A stretch of 24,703 nt of DNA. Origin: Clostridiaceae bacterium. GTDB taxonomy: Bacteria; Bacillota; Clostridia; Saccharofermentanales; UBA5734. Both the position numbers and the translations under genes were made by a program. The DNA is taken from positions 1 to 24,703 of the forward strand of contig JAAZFW010000099.1 in the NCBI GenBank assembly GCA_012511525.1, read 5' to 3'. The notes beneath the pieces are model-generated. The model was not told where the DNA came from and made no database searches. It saw nothing but the letters and a program-made list of their open reading frames with translations. Below, in pieces: positions 16,389-24,703 of the stretch; positions within the stretch are counted from its first letter, which is position 1; each line of letters begins with the position of its first letter.

Positions 16389-17459
16389 TCAAAGCCGTTC
16401 CATCCAGGCGTGCTTATCCGGCAGCAGGCCGTACTGCACGCCGGTGATGGTGTCGTAGAACGTCTGGCTGAGCGGACCGATCCGGCCTTCGTTGAACGTA
16501 ACGACATCCTGCTCGTACTTGAGCGCGCCGACCGGCGAGATGACGGCAGCCGTGCCTGAGCCGAAAACCTCGCTGACACGGCCGGCCTTGGCGGCCGCCC
16601 AAAGCTCGTCGACGGCGATCTGGCGTTCTTCGGTCGCATATCCAAGCTTCTCGGCCAGCTCCAGCACGGTCCGGCGCGTGATGCCCGGCAGGATGGAACC
16701 GTTGAGAGCCGGCGTCACCAGCTTGTTGTCGATCACGAAGAAAACATTCATCGAACCGACTTCCTCGATGTAACGGCGGTGCACCCCGTCCAGCCACAGA
16801 ACCTGCACGTAGCCGGCCTTGTAGGCGTTGGCCTGGGCAATCAGGCTGGCAGCGTAGTTGCCGGGTGTCTTGGCGAACCCCGTGCCGCCCTTGACCGCGC
16901 GCACGTACTCGTCTTCGACATAAATACTGACCGGATTGAGCCCCTGGGCGTAATAGGCGCCGGACGGCGACAGGATGATCATGAACTTGTAGGTGTGCGA
17001 GGGCCGGACGCCCAGGCAGGCGTCCGTGGCGATGATAAAGGGCCGGATATAAAGGGAGGTGCCGGGCGCGGACGGAACCCAGTCCGCCTCCAATCGCAGC
17101 AGTTCCTTGAGGGCGTGGACGCAAAAGTCCGGGTCGACCGGCGGGATAACCATGCGGGCGTTCGACTGGTTGACCCGCTCAAAATTCAGGCGCGGGCGGA
17201 ACAGGGCGACCTGGCCGTCCGGCTGACGGTATGCCTTCAGCCCTTCGAAAATGGCCTGGCCGTAATGGAAAACCATGGCCGACGGAGCCAGCGACAGCGG
17301 CGCGTACGGGACGATGCGCGCGTCGATCCAGCCCTGCCCCTCGACGTAGTCCATGATAAACATGTGGTCGGTGAAGATCTGGCCGAAGCCGAGACTGGTG
17401 TCGGATGCGGGCTTGGCCGCGGGCTTTTGGGTGCGTGTGACCGGAATGGCTGGATACAT
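16389..17459 (-). CDS. ilvE: Branched-chain amino acid aminotransferase (PLP fold IV)
   Basis: FHYGQAIFEGLKAY, AKTPGNYAASL (PLP Lys), EEVGSMN, ILPGITR, SGTAAVISPV. RBS AAGGGGGAG. Confidence 0.96.
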   Translation of the reverse strand: MYPAIPVTRTQKPAAKPASDTSLGFGQIFTDHMFIMDYVEGQGWIDARIVPYAPLSLAPSAMVFHYGQAIFEGLKAYRQPDGQVALFRPRLNFERVNQSNARMVIPPVDPDFCVHALKELLRLEADWVPSAPGTSLYIRPFIIATDACLGVRPSHTYKFMIILSPSGAYYAQGLNPVSIYVEDEYVRAVKGGTGFAKTPGNYAASLIAQANAYKAGYVQVLWLDGVHRRYIEEVGSMNVFFVIDNKLVTPALNGSILPGITRRTVLELAEKLGYATEERQIAVDELWAAAKAGRVSEVFGSGTAAVISPVGALKYEQDVVTFNEGRIGPLSQTFYDTITGVQYGLLPDKHAWMERL

Positions 17460-17517
17460 GCTGACTCCCCCTTGCAGGTCCGGGCTTGATGCCGGACAGG
17501 ATGCTGAATCAAAGGGT

Positions 17518-17546
17518 ATTATAAACTTAATTTACCGCTTCGGCAA
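17518..17546 (-). promoter_or_regulatory. Sigma-A promoter of ilvE
   Basis: On the minus strand: TTGCCG, 17 bp, TATAAT, about 60 bp upstream of the ilvE ATG. Confidence 0.8.
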
Positions 17547-17610
17547 TGCGGGGCGATGTGTTTTTCTGGCTGTTTTCCATCGTTTGGGGCTGGCTCAGCC
17601 GAACCTCCCG

Positions 17611-17619
17611 TGTTATAAT
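17611..17619 (+). promoter_or_regulatory. Extended -10 promoter of uvrB
   Basis: TGTTATAAT (TGn-TATAAT) with a weak -35. Confidence 0.75.
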
Positions 17620-17620
17620 C

Positions 17621-17634
17621 AGAACGTACATTCG
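17621..17634. promoter_or_regulatory. LexA (SOS) box
   Basis: AGAAC-GTAC-ATTCG versus the Gram-positive consensus CGAAC-RNRY-GTTCG (12/14). Sits at the predicted transcription start of uvrB. Confidence 0.8.
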
Positions 17635-17659
17635 TCATCTGCAAGAGGAGGCCAAACGC

Positions 17660-19675
17660 ATGACCCAGTTTCGCATCCACTCCGACATGAAGCCGCGCGG
17701 GGACCAGCCTGAGGCCATCGCCAAGATCGTCCGCGGCCTCGGCGAGGGGATACCAGCCCAGACGCTCTTGGGCGTCACCGGTTCCGGCAAGACGTTCACC
17801 ATGGCCCACGTCATCGAGCGCGTTCAGCGGCCGGCGCTGGTCATCGCCCACAACAAGACCCTTGCGGCCCAGCTTGCGGGCGAGTTCAAGGCCTTTTTCC
17901 CGGAAAATGCGGTCGAGTATTTTGTCTCCTACTACGACTACTACCAGCCGGAAGCTTACATCGCGGCCACCGACACCTACATCGAGAAGGACTCGGCGAT
18001 CAACGACGAGATCGACCGCCTGCGCCATTCGGCGACAGCATCGCTGCTCGAACGGCGCGATGTGATCGTCGTCGCCTCGGTTTCCTGCATCTATGGCCTG
18101 GGCGATCCGCGCGACTACAAGGAGCTGATGGTCCATCTGCGCCCGGGGATGCGCAAGGACCGGGATACGGTCATCCGCGAACTGATCGACATCCAGTACA
18201 ACCGCAACGATTACGAGATCCGGCGCGGCAGTTTCCGCGTGCGCGGCGACACCATCGACATCTGCCCTTCGGCATCGGACGAATTGATCACCCGGATTTC
18301 CTTCTTCGGCGACGAAATCGAAAAGATCACGGAGATCGAACGGCTGAGCGGTAAGCCCAAAGCCGGCCGCTCCTATGTCTCCATCTTTCCGGCTAGCCAC
18401 TACGCGACGACCGAAGCCAAGATGAAGCAGGCCCTGATCAGCATCGAAGAGGAACTGGAAGAGCAGCTGGCCCTGCTGCACAGCCGCAACCAGCTGGTCG
18501 AAGCGTACCGCCTCGAGCAGCGGACCCGCTACGACCTGGAGATGATGCGCGAAACCGGTTTTTGCAAGGGCATCGAGAATTACTCACGCCACCTGACCGG
18601 CCGTCCGGCCGGCACCCCGCCGTATACCCTGCTCGATTTCTTCCCGGACGACTACCTGCTCATGATCGACGAGTCCCATGTCACCATCCCCCAGATCGGC
18701 GCGATGTACAACGGCGACCGGTCACGCAAGGAGGCGCTGGTTACGTACGGGTTCAGACTGCCGTCGGCGTTCGACAACCGGCCGCTGCAGTTTGCCGAGT
18801 TCGAACAGCGCATGGGGCAGGCCTTGTTCGTCAGCGCGACACCGTCCCGCTATGAGGCGGCGCATGCCGTCCAGGTGGTCGAACAGATTATCCGGCCGAC
18901 CGGACTGGTCGACCCCGAAATCTCGATTCGTCCGGTTGAAGGCCAGATCGAGGACCTGCTGGCAGAAACGGCCCAGGCTACGAAGCGCGGCGAACGGACG
19001 CTTGTGCTGACATTGACCAAGAAAATGGCCGAGGACCTGACTGCGTTCTTCAAAGACGAAGGGCTGCGCGTGGCTTACCTGCATTCGGACATCGAGACCG
19101 TCGAGCGCATGAAGATCCTGCGCTCCCTGCGCCAGGGCGCCTTCGACATCCTGGTCGGCATCAACCTGCTCCGCGAGGGGCTTGACTTGCCTGAGGTTTC
19201 CCTGATCGCAATCCTCGACGCGGACAAGGAAGGTTTTTTGCGTTCGACCACCTCGCTGGTCCAGATCATCGGGCGGGCGGCGCGCAACATCAACGGACGC
19301 GTCGTCATGTACGCGGACGAGGTGACCGACTCCATGCTGATGGCCGTACAGGAGACCAACCGGCGCCGCAGCATCCAGCAGGCCTACAATGAGGCGAACA
19401 ACATCACACCTGTCTCAGTGACCAAGGATGTGCGCGACGTGATCGACACGGTGCTCGAGGCGACTGAAGAGGCCGGCCTGCCGGAAGCGGTGGCCGAAGG
19501 CCTGCTGGACAACCGCCTGGAGGGCCTTGGTCCCGAGGACCTGGCCAAGCTGGCACAGCGCATGGAGAAAGACATGAAGGAAGCGGCCCGCAAGCTGGCG
19601 TTCGAGGAGGCGGCTCACCTGCGCGATCTGCTGATCGTTATCCGCGGGCGCCTGTCCGGGGGCGGCAAGCCCTGA
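17660..19675 (+). CDS. uvrB: Excinuclease ABC subunit B
   Basis: [12 protein letters not shown], beta-hairpin [46 protein letters not shown] and a C-terminal UVR coiled coil. ATG 17660 follows RBS GAGGAGG; the track start at 17546 lies upstream of the promoter. Confidence 0.97.
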   Translation: MTQFRIHSDMKPRGDQPEAIAKIVRGLGEGIPAQTLLGVTGSGKTFTMAHVIERVQRPALVIAHNKTLAAQLAGEFKAFFPENAVEYFVSYYDYYQPEAYIAATDTYIEKDSAINDEIDRLRHSATASLLERRDVIVVASVSCIYGLGDPRDYKELMVHLRPGMRKDRDTVIRELIDIQYNRNDYEIRRGSFRVRGDTIDICPSASDELITRISFFGDEIEKITEIERLSGKPKAGRSYVSIFPASHYATTEAKMKQALISIEEELEEQLALLHSRNQLVEAYRLEQRTRYDLEMMRETGFCKGIENYSRHLTGRPAGTPPYTLLDFFPDDYLLMIDESHVTIPQIGAMYNGDRSRKEALVTYGFRLPSAFDNRPLQFAEFEQRMGQALFVSATPSRYEAAHAVQVVEQIIRPTGLVDPEISIRPVEGQIEDLLAETAQATKRGERTLVLTLTKKMAEDLTAFFKDEGLRVAYLHSDIETVERMKILRSLRQGAFDILVGINLLREGLDLPEVSLIAILDADKEGFLRSTTSLVQIIGRAARNINGRVVMYADEVTDSMLMAVQETNRRRSIQQAYNEANNITPVSVTKDVRDVIDTVLEATEEAGLPEAVAEGLLDNRLEGLGPEDLAKLAQRMEKDMKEAARKLAFEEAAHLRDLLIVIRGRLSGGGKP

Positions 19676-19685
19676 ACCAAACCGA

Positions 19686-20204
19686 TCAGCCTGTCCGGCA
19701 GCGATAGGCGGCCAGTACCTCGGCGAAATAGATCGTATGCTGATGCTCGAGATCCTTTTGGCGATGCTCCGGAGTCAGAAGCAGATGGGGCGGGTGGACC
19801 CGCGTGTAGGTTCGGCACTCCAGGTTGATCGGGCACTCCAGCACCGCAAACGAGCGGACCTGCTGTCCGGGAACCGGTGTGAGCTTAGTTGCCTTGAATT
19901 TGTCCACATCGCGGCCGGACCTTTTGCCGCAGAAGGCGACCGCTTCGGCCAACGCGTCGTCGGGAACCGCGATCGTGAATTCGGGGACCTCTTCCAGGGC
20001 ATGCCAAGAGAACCGGTCCGGTGTCACGGCGATAGCCAGAACCGGATGGCCGTGGTAAAACGGGCCGATCAGGCCCCAGCCCAGCGTGATCAAGTTAGGC
20101 CGCCCGAGCTGGTCGATGACCGAGCAAAGGACGCCGCCCCGGTGCAGGCGGCTCAGGATTTCTCCGCTGCAGGACCAGAAGTCCAGCGGTTCGTGAATGA
20201 TCAT
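19686..20204 (-). CDS. Flavin reductase-like (flavoredoxin-type FMN-binding) protein
   Basis: PNLITLGWG, EFTIAVP, FCGKRSGRDVDKF, ECPINLEC, terminal HTIYFAEV. RBS GAGGGGTGA. Confidence 0.82.
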   Translation of the reverse strand: MIIHEPLDFWSCSGEILSRLHRGGVLCSVIDQLGRPNLITLGWGLIGPFYHGHPVLAIAVTPDRFSWHALEEVPEFTIAVPDDALAEAVAFCGKRSGRDVDKFKATKLTPVPGQQVRSFAVLECPINLECRTYTRVHPPHLLLTPEHRQKDLEHQHTIYFAEVLAAYRCRTG

Positions 20205-20258
20205 GGCATCACCCCTCGCCTTTTAAGCCCAGTATACCGCATCCGGCGCAAAATCGGT

Positions 20259-20264
20259 TATAAT
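20259..20264 (+). promoter_or_regulatory. -10 element for the GNAT gene; divergent -10 (TATACT, minus strand 20231-20236) for the flavin reductase gene
   Basis: Perfect TATAAT in a short divergent intergenic region. Neither strand shows a good -35. Confidence 0.5.
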
Positions 20265-20330
20265 TGAGGCCGGACCCGGTAACCTGAAGATGCCTGCACC
20301 AGCAGGCTAAGAGGCCGCGCAAGGCGGCGA

Positions 20331-20888
20331 ATGGAGCGGCAGATGGAACCATCACAGCACACAAGGCAGTTAAGGATGATCTGGCCGGCTGGAAAACCAT
20401 GCGGTTTGCCGGTGACCTGCCCGGACGGGTACGTTTTGCGCCAGTTCCGGGAACCGGATACCGAAAACTACCTGGCCTTGATGCACGAGGCGGGTTTTAC
20501 CGATTTTTCGCTTGAATCGCTCGAAAAAATGAAAAAGACCCTGCTGCCCCAGGCCTTTTTTCTCGTCGAGCACCACGTGTCACACGAGCTGGCGGCGACC
20601 GCGATGGCCAACCACCAGCCGCTCGACGCCTATCCGAAGGCCGGCGCCGTCAACTGGGTGGCCGGTTCGAAAAAGCACAGCGGACGCGCGCTGGGCACCA
20701 CCGTCGTCCTGGCGGTCCTGAAACGCCTACTTGATTGCGGATACAGCGAAATTTACCTGACGACCGACGATTTCCGCCTTCCGGCGCTGAAGACCTACTT
20801 GAAAATCGGCTTTGAACCGGATCTTTTCGCCGACGATATGGCTGCACGCTGGCAAGCGATCTACGAAAAGCTCAACTGGCAGGTGTGA
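20331..20888 (+). CDS. GNAT-family N-acetyltransferase
   Basis: Acetyl-CoA-binding-like segment WVAGSKKHSGRALGTTV and C-terminal IYLTTDDFRLPALKTYLKIGF. Alternative start ATG 20343 (GGAG 6 nt upstream). Substrate unknown. Confidence 0.82.
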   Translation: MERQMEPSQHTRQLRMIWPAGKPCGLPVTCPDGYVLRQFREPDTENYLALMHEAGFTDFSLESLEKMKKTLLPQAFFLVEHHVSHELAATAMANHQPLDAYPKAGAVNWVAGSKKHSGRALGTTVVLAVLKRLLDCGYSEIYLTTDDFRLPALKTYLKIGFEPDLFADDMAARWQAIYEKLNWQV

Positions 20889-20901
20889 GGACCAGATCTG
20901 G

Positions 20902-20929
20902 CGCGGCTGCCCCCGCCGCGGGCTTTTTT
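20902..20929 (+). terminator. Possible weak rho-independent terminator after the GNAT gene
   Basis: CGCGGC-TGCCCCC-GCCGCG stem, then GGC, then TTTTTT. The U-tract is offset by 3 nt. Confidence 0.45.
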
Positions 20930-20937
20930 GGTATAAT
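20929..20937 (+). promoter_or_regulatory. Extended -10 promoter for pgm(-dnaE)
   Basis: TGGTATAAT (TGn-TATAAT) 67 bp upstream of the pgm ATG. RBS AAGGAGG at 20991-20997. Confidence 0.7.
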
Positions 20938-21004
20938 TAATCCGTAAAACCCGCCATGAGGCAGGCTGCGGCTGATCGCGCCTGCGTGAGAAGGAGGCGT
21001 CCCG

Positions 21005-22756
21005 ATGTCGCGAGCCCAAGCCCTTTATAAGCTCTGGTCCGAACACCCCTATTTTGACGCGAGCACGCATGCGGAGCTGCGCGCGATTCAAGACCAGCCG
21101 GATGAGATCGAGGACCGTTTCTATTGCGACCTGGCCTTCGGCACGGCGGGACTGCGCGGCATTTTGGGCGCCGGAACCAACCGGATGAACCGCTATACGG
21201 TGGCCCGGGCCGCCGACGGCATGGCGCGGGCGATCGCCTCCCGCGGCAAAAAGTCCCGGGACCGGGGGATCGTGATCGCCTATGACTCGCGCCATTTTTC
21301 GGAGCAGTTCGCCTGGATATCCGCCCGGATATTCGTCGGCCACAACATCCGTGTGCGCCTGTTTGACGCGCTGCGTCCGGTTCCGGTGCTGTCGTTTGCC
21401 ATTCGCTATTACGGTGCTTCCGGCGGCATCATGATCACGGCCAGCCACAACCCGGCCCGGTACAACGGCTTTAAAGCCTATGGGGAAGACGGCAGCCAGC
21501 TGCCACCGGACGAGGCCGACGCGGTGGTTGCCTTCATGGACCAGCTTCCGGATATCACCGCTCTGACCTGGCCGGACGAGGCCGAAGCCCGCGCGAGCGG
21601 CTTGCTGGAGATCATCGGCGAGGAACTGGACCAGGCTTACCAGGCGATGCTGCTGACTTTGGCGATCAACCCGGATGCTGCCAAACGCCACCGGGACATG
21701 AAGATCGTCTACACACCGCTGCATGGCTCCGGCAACAAGCCGGTGCGGCGTGTTCTGGCCGCCCTGGGATTTAGGCAGGTGCTGGTGGTTCCCGAGCAGG
21801 AGTTGCCCGACGGCGCGTTTCCGACGGTTGCCATGCCAAACCCGGAAGAACGCTCGGCCCTCAGCTTGGCCATCGGCTTGGCCGAGCGCGAAGGGGCCGA
21901 CCTGGTCATCGCCACCGATCCCGACGCGGACCGGACCGGCCTGTGCGTCAGGACCCGTGACGGGAGCTATATGGTCCTGAGCGGCAATCAGATCGGCCTG
22001 TTGCTGGCCGACTACATCCTCTCGGCGAGAAAGAACAGCCAGACGATGCCGGACAAGCCCTTCGTGGTGACCACGATCGTCTCCACCAAGCTGATGCGCA
22101 AAGTGTCAGCACATTATGACGTCACGTTGTATGAATGTTTGACCGGCTTCAAGTATATCGGCGAACTGATCAAGGAGAAAGACGAAAACGGCGACATGCA
22201 TTACCTGTTCGGCTTCGAAGAGAGCTACGGCTACCTGGCGGGCACACAAGTACGCGACAAGGACGCCGTCGTCACCAGCATGCTGATCGCCGAAATGGCG
22301 GCCGTAGCCCGCGACAGCGGCCAGACGCTCTACGACCGGCTCCAGGATCTGTACCGGCGGTTTGGCTACGCGGCGGAAAAGACGATCTCGCTGGCGATGG
22401 AAGGCAAGACGGGACTGGAGCGGATCCGCTACGGGATGGCGCGGCTGCGCCGTGAACTGGCCGGCGCGTTTCCCGGCCTGCCTATCCGCCAGATTGCCGA
22501 TTATGCCGGGCGCGTGCGCCATAACCTGGCAGACGGGACACGCGAGGCGCTGGCCTTGCCGCAGTCCGACGTGCTGCTGTACGAACTGGACGGGCTCGAC
22601 TGGTTTTGTGTCCGCCCCTCGGGCACGGAGCCCAAGATCAAGCTCTACTTCGGCTGTTACGCCGATCAGGCGGCAGACAGCGAATCCTGCCTGAGCATGC
22701 TCCTGGACCAGGTCGCGGCCAGGATCCAGGCAGTTCTTGACGAGGATGCATCATGA
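21005..22756 (+). CDS. pgm: Phosphoglucomutase/phosphomannomutase (alpha-D-phosphohexomutase)
   Basis: FGTAGLRG, ITASHNP (phospho-Ser), ATDPDADR (metal loop), GFEESYG (sugar loop), RPSGTEPKIK. Confidence 0.93.
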   Translation: MSRAQALYKLWSEHPYFDASTHAELRAIQDQPDEIEDRFYCDLAFGTAGLRGILGAGTNRMNRYTVARAADGMARAIASRGKKSRDRGIVIAYDSRHFSEQFAWISARIFVGHNIRVRLFDALRPVPVLSFAIRYYGASGGIMITASHNPARYNGFKAYGEDGSQLPPDEADAVVAFMDQLPDITALTWPDEAEARASGLLEIIGEELDQAYQAMLLTLAINPDAAKRHRDMKIVYTPLHGSGNKPVRRVLAALGFRQVLVVPEQELPDGAFPTVAMPNPEERSALSLAIGLAEREGADLVIATDPDADRTGLCVRTRDGSYMVLSGNQIGLLLADYILSARKNSQTMPDKPFVVTTIVSTKLMRKVSAHYDVTLYECLTGFKYIGELIKEKDENGDMHYLFGFEESYGYLAGTQVRDKDAVVTSMLIAEMAAVARDSGQTLYDRLQDLYRRFGYAAEKTISLAMEGKTGLERIRYGMARLRRELAGAFPGLPIRQIADYAGRVRHNLADGTREALALPQSDVLLYELDGLDWFCVRPSGTEPKIKLYFGCYADQAADSESCLSMLLDQVAARIQAVLDEDAS

Positions 22757-24703
22757 CGGTCACAGCATTTACCCACCTGCACCTGCATACCGAATACTCC
22801 CTGCTCGACGGGGCGATCCGCCTGCGCGACTTGCCCGACCGCCTTGCCGCGCTGGGCATGCAGGCCTGTGCCATCACCGATCATGGCGTCCTCTACGGCG
22901 TGATCGACTTTTACAATGCGATGCTGGCCAAGGGTCTCAAGCCGATCATCGGCTGTGAAGTCTATCTCGCGCCGCGCGGCTACCTGGATAAGGAGGCGGG
23001 GGTCGACAAGGAGCCGGCCCACCTGGTGCTGCTGGCTGAAAACCAGATCGGCTACCGCAACCTGATGAAGCTCGTCTCGATCGGATTCACCGACGGCTTT
23101 TACTACCGCCCGCGCATTGACCACGACCTGCTGCGCCAATACAGCGCCGGGCTGACCGCGTTGTCTGCCTGCTTAGGCGGCGAGATCCCCACGGCCATCC
23201 TGCAGCAGGACATCGACCGCGCCCGCGCGCTGGCTCTGAAGATGGACAAGATATTCGGGCGCGACCATTTTTTCCTTGAAGTGCAGGACAACGGCCTGCC
23301 CGAGCAGTCGCTGGTTAACAGCGCCCTGATCCGGCTTAGCCGGGAAACCGGCATCCCGCTGGTCGCTACCAACGACTGCCATTACCTGGAAAAAGAAGAC
23401 GCCCATGCGCACGAGGTGCTGCTCTGCATGCAGACCGGCAAGCGCATGAGCGATGACGACCGCATGCGCATGGCAACCGATGCGTTCTATGTCAAGTCAC
23501 CCGAAGAGATGGCCGAAGCGTTCGCGGCTGTGCCGGAGGCCATCGCCAACACGGTCCGGATCGCGGAGCGCTGCCAGGTCACGTTTGATTTCAATACGAT
23601 CCATTTGCCGGAGTTTGCCGTTCCGCCGGGAAAGACCCACGACGGCACCTTGCGTGAGCTTTGCCTGGAGGGGCTTGAAAAACGCCTGGAGATCGCCCGG
23701 CCGGTGCTGCGCGCCGAATATGAGCGGCGCCTGGATTACGAACTGGGCGTGATCAGCCAGATGGGCTACACGGACTATTACCTGATCGTCTGGGACTTCA
23801 TTCGCTTTGCACGCAGCCGTTCGATCATGGTCGGGCCGGGACGCGGCTCCGGCGCCGGCTCCCTGGCGGCCTGGTGCCTGGGCATCACCAACATCGACCC
23901 CCTGCAGTATGCCCTGATATTCGAACGCTTTCTCAATGCCGACCGGGTCAGCATGCCGGACTTTGACATCGACTTCTGCTATGAGCGCCGCCAGGAAGTG
24001 ATCGATTATGTCACTGAGAAATACGGACACGACCATGTCGCCCAGGTGATCACGTTCGGCACGCTGGCTGCCCGGGCCTGCATCCGGGATGTCGCCCGCG
24101 CCCTGGACGTGCCTTATGCGGAAACCGACCGGCTGGCCAAGATGATCCCGGCCTCTCCGGGGATGACCTTGACCAAGGCCATGGACGCCAATCCCGACCT
24201 CCGCCAGGAATACGCCCAGAACGAGACGACCCGCATGGTCCTCGACTTGGTCCGGCGGTTCGAAGGCATGCCGCGCCATGCCTCGACCCATGCCGCCGGC
24301 GTGATCATCTCCAACGAGCCTTTGACCGACCTGGCGCCGCTGTCGCGAAACGAAGATGCTGTCGTGGTTCAGTTTGCCAAGAACAACGTCGAGCTGATCG
24401 GGCTGCTCAAGTTCGATTTCCTGGGACTTAGGACGCTGACGGTGCTGCGCGACACGGCGGTCATGGCCCATGAGAACCACGGCGCCGAGATCGACTACGA
24501 CCGCATCCCAATGGACGATCCGGCTGTCTACCAGATGATCAGCGAGGGGCGGACGGAAGCGGTCTTCCAACTGGAAAGCGCCGGCATGACCAGCTTCATG
24601 AAAGAGCTGCGACCGGAATCGCTCGAGGATATCATCGCCGGCATCTCGCTCTACCGGCCGGGGCCGATGGAGCAAATCCCGCGTTACATCGCGGCCAAGC
24701 GCG
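22753..24703 (+). CDS. dnaE: DNA polymerase III alpha subunit (3'-truncated by window edge)
   Basis: Missing from the ORF track because it runs off the window. Manual translation from ATG 22753 gives HLHLHTEYSLLDGA, TDHG, GPGRGSGAGS, MPDFDIDF, STHAAGV and LLKFDFLGLRTL. ATGA overlap with pgm. Confidence 0.97.
   Translation, partial: MTVTAFTHLHLHTEYSLLDGAIRLRDLPDRLAALGMQACAITDHGVLYGVIDFYNAMLAKGLKPIIGCEVYLAPRGYLDKEAGVDKEPAHLVLLAENQIGYRNLMKLVSIGFTDGFYYRPRIDHDLLRQYSAGLTALSACLGGEIPTAILQQDIDRARALALKMDKIFGRDHFFLEVQDNGLPEQSLVNSALIRLSRETGIPLVATNDCHYLEKEDAHAHEVLLCMQTGKRMSDDDRMRMATDAFYVKSPEEMAEAFAAVPEAIANTVRIAERCQVTFDFNTIHLPEFAVPPGKTHDGTLRELCLEGLEKRLEIARPVLRAEYERRLDYELGVISQMGYTDYYLIVWDFIRFARSRSIMVGPGRGSGAGSLAAWCLGITNIDPLQYALIFERFLNADRVSMPDFDIDFCYERRQEVIDYVTEKYGHDHVAQVITFGTLAARACIRDVARALDVPYAETDRLAKMIPASPGMTLTKAMDANPDLRQEYAQNETTRMVLDLVRRFEGMPRHASTHAAGVIISNEPLTDLAPLSRNEDAVVVQFAKNNVELIGLLKFDFLGLRTLTVLRDTAVMAHENHGAEIDYDRIPMDDPAVYQMISEGRTEAVFQLESAGMTSFMKELRPESLEDIIAGISLYRPGPMEQIPRYIAAKR

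Noticed and set aside
17478-17497. Hairpin GTCCGG...CCGGAC in the ilvE leader as a T-box or attenuator
   Set aside because: The leader is only about 50 nt, with no T-box motif, leader peptide or terminator, and no convincing CodY box.
242-24675. Many long antisense or alternate-frame ORFs (e.g. 6336-7391, 8242-9567, 12246-13328, 13917-15005, 17519-18481, 23497-24675)
   Set aside because: They shadow well-supported genes, show no recognisable motifs or RBS, and are expected in GC-rich DNA with biased codon usage.
22753-24703. Intein or frameshift in dnaE
   Set aside because: The recognisable motifs appear in the expected order and spacing, with no insertion visible in the part within the window.
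1-24703. tRNA, rRNA, CRISPR arrays, IS elements, prophage genes
   Set aside because: All intergenic gaps are 200 bp or less and show no cloverleaf, repeat-spacer or terminal-repeat structure. No transposase, integrase or phage ORFs.

Overview
A GC-rich (roughly 60-65% by eye, not computed) bacterial core-genome window. The protein families, TATAAT/TG-extended promoters and Gram-positive SOS box point to Bacillota/Clostridia (inference). Plus strand, in order: end of the dcw cluster (murF partial, mraY, ftsW, murG, ftsQ/divIB-like, sbp/DUF1290, ftsZ), nrdR, an OmpR-family response regulator and sensor kinase, an HtrA-like protein, nth, recG, rsmD, coaD, and a SepIVA/DivIVA-like coiled-coil gene ending at a bidirectional terminator. 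Then ilvE (minus), LexA-boxed uvrB, a divergent flavin reductase-like/GNAT pair, pgm, and the 5' part of dnaE. I saw no RNA genes, mobile elements or CRISPR arrays. Main observations: (1) two NrdR-box-like sites exactly 31 bp apart over the putative ftsZ promoter, with nrdR as the next gene, suggesting nucleotide-pool control of ftsZ; (2) the HtrA-like protein has all three catalytic triad residues substituted and sits behind a two-component system; (3) FtsZ has a very long tail with two C-terminal-peptide-like motifs, and ftsA is absent from the cluster; (4) the spoIIGA-sigE-sigG block often found between ftsZ and nrdR in Clostridia is missing. All regulatory calls are by-eye motif matches and remain untested.
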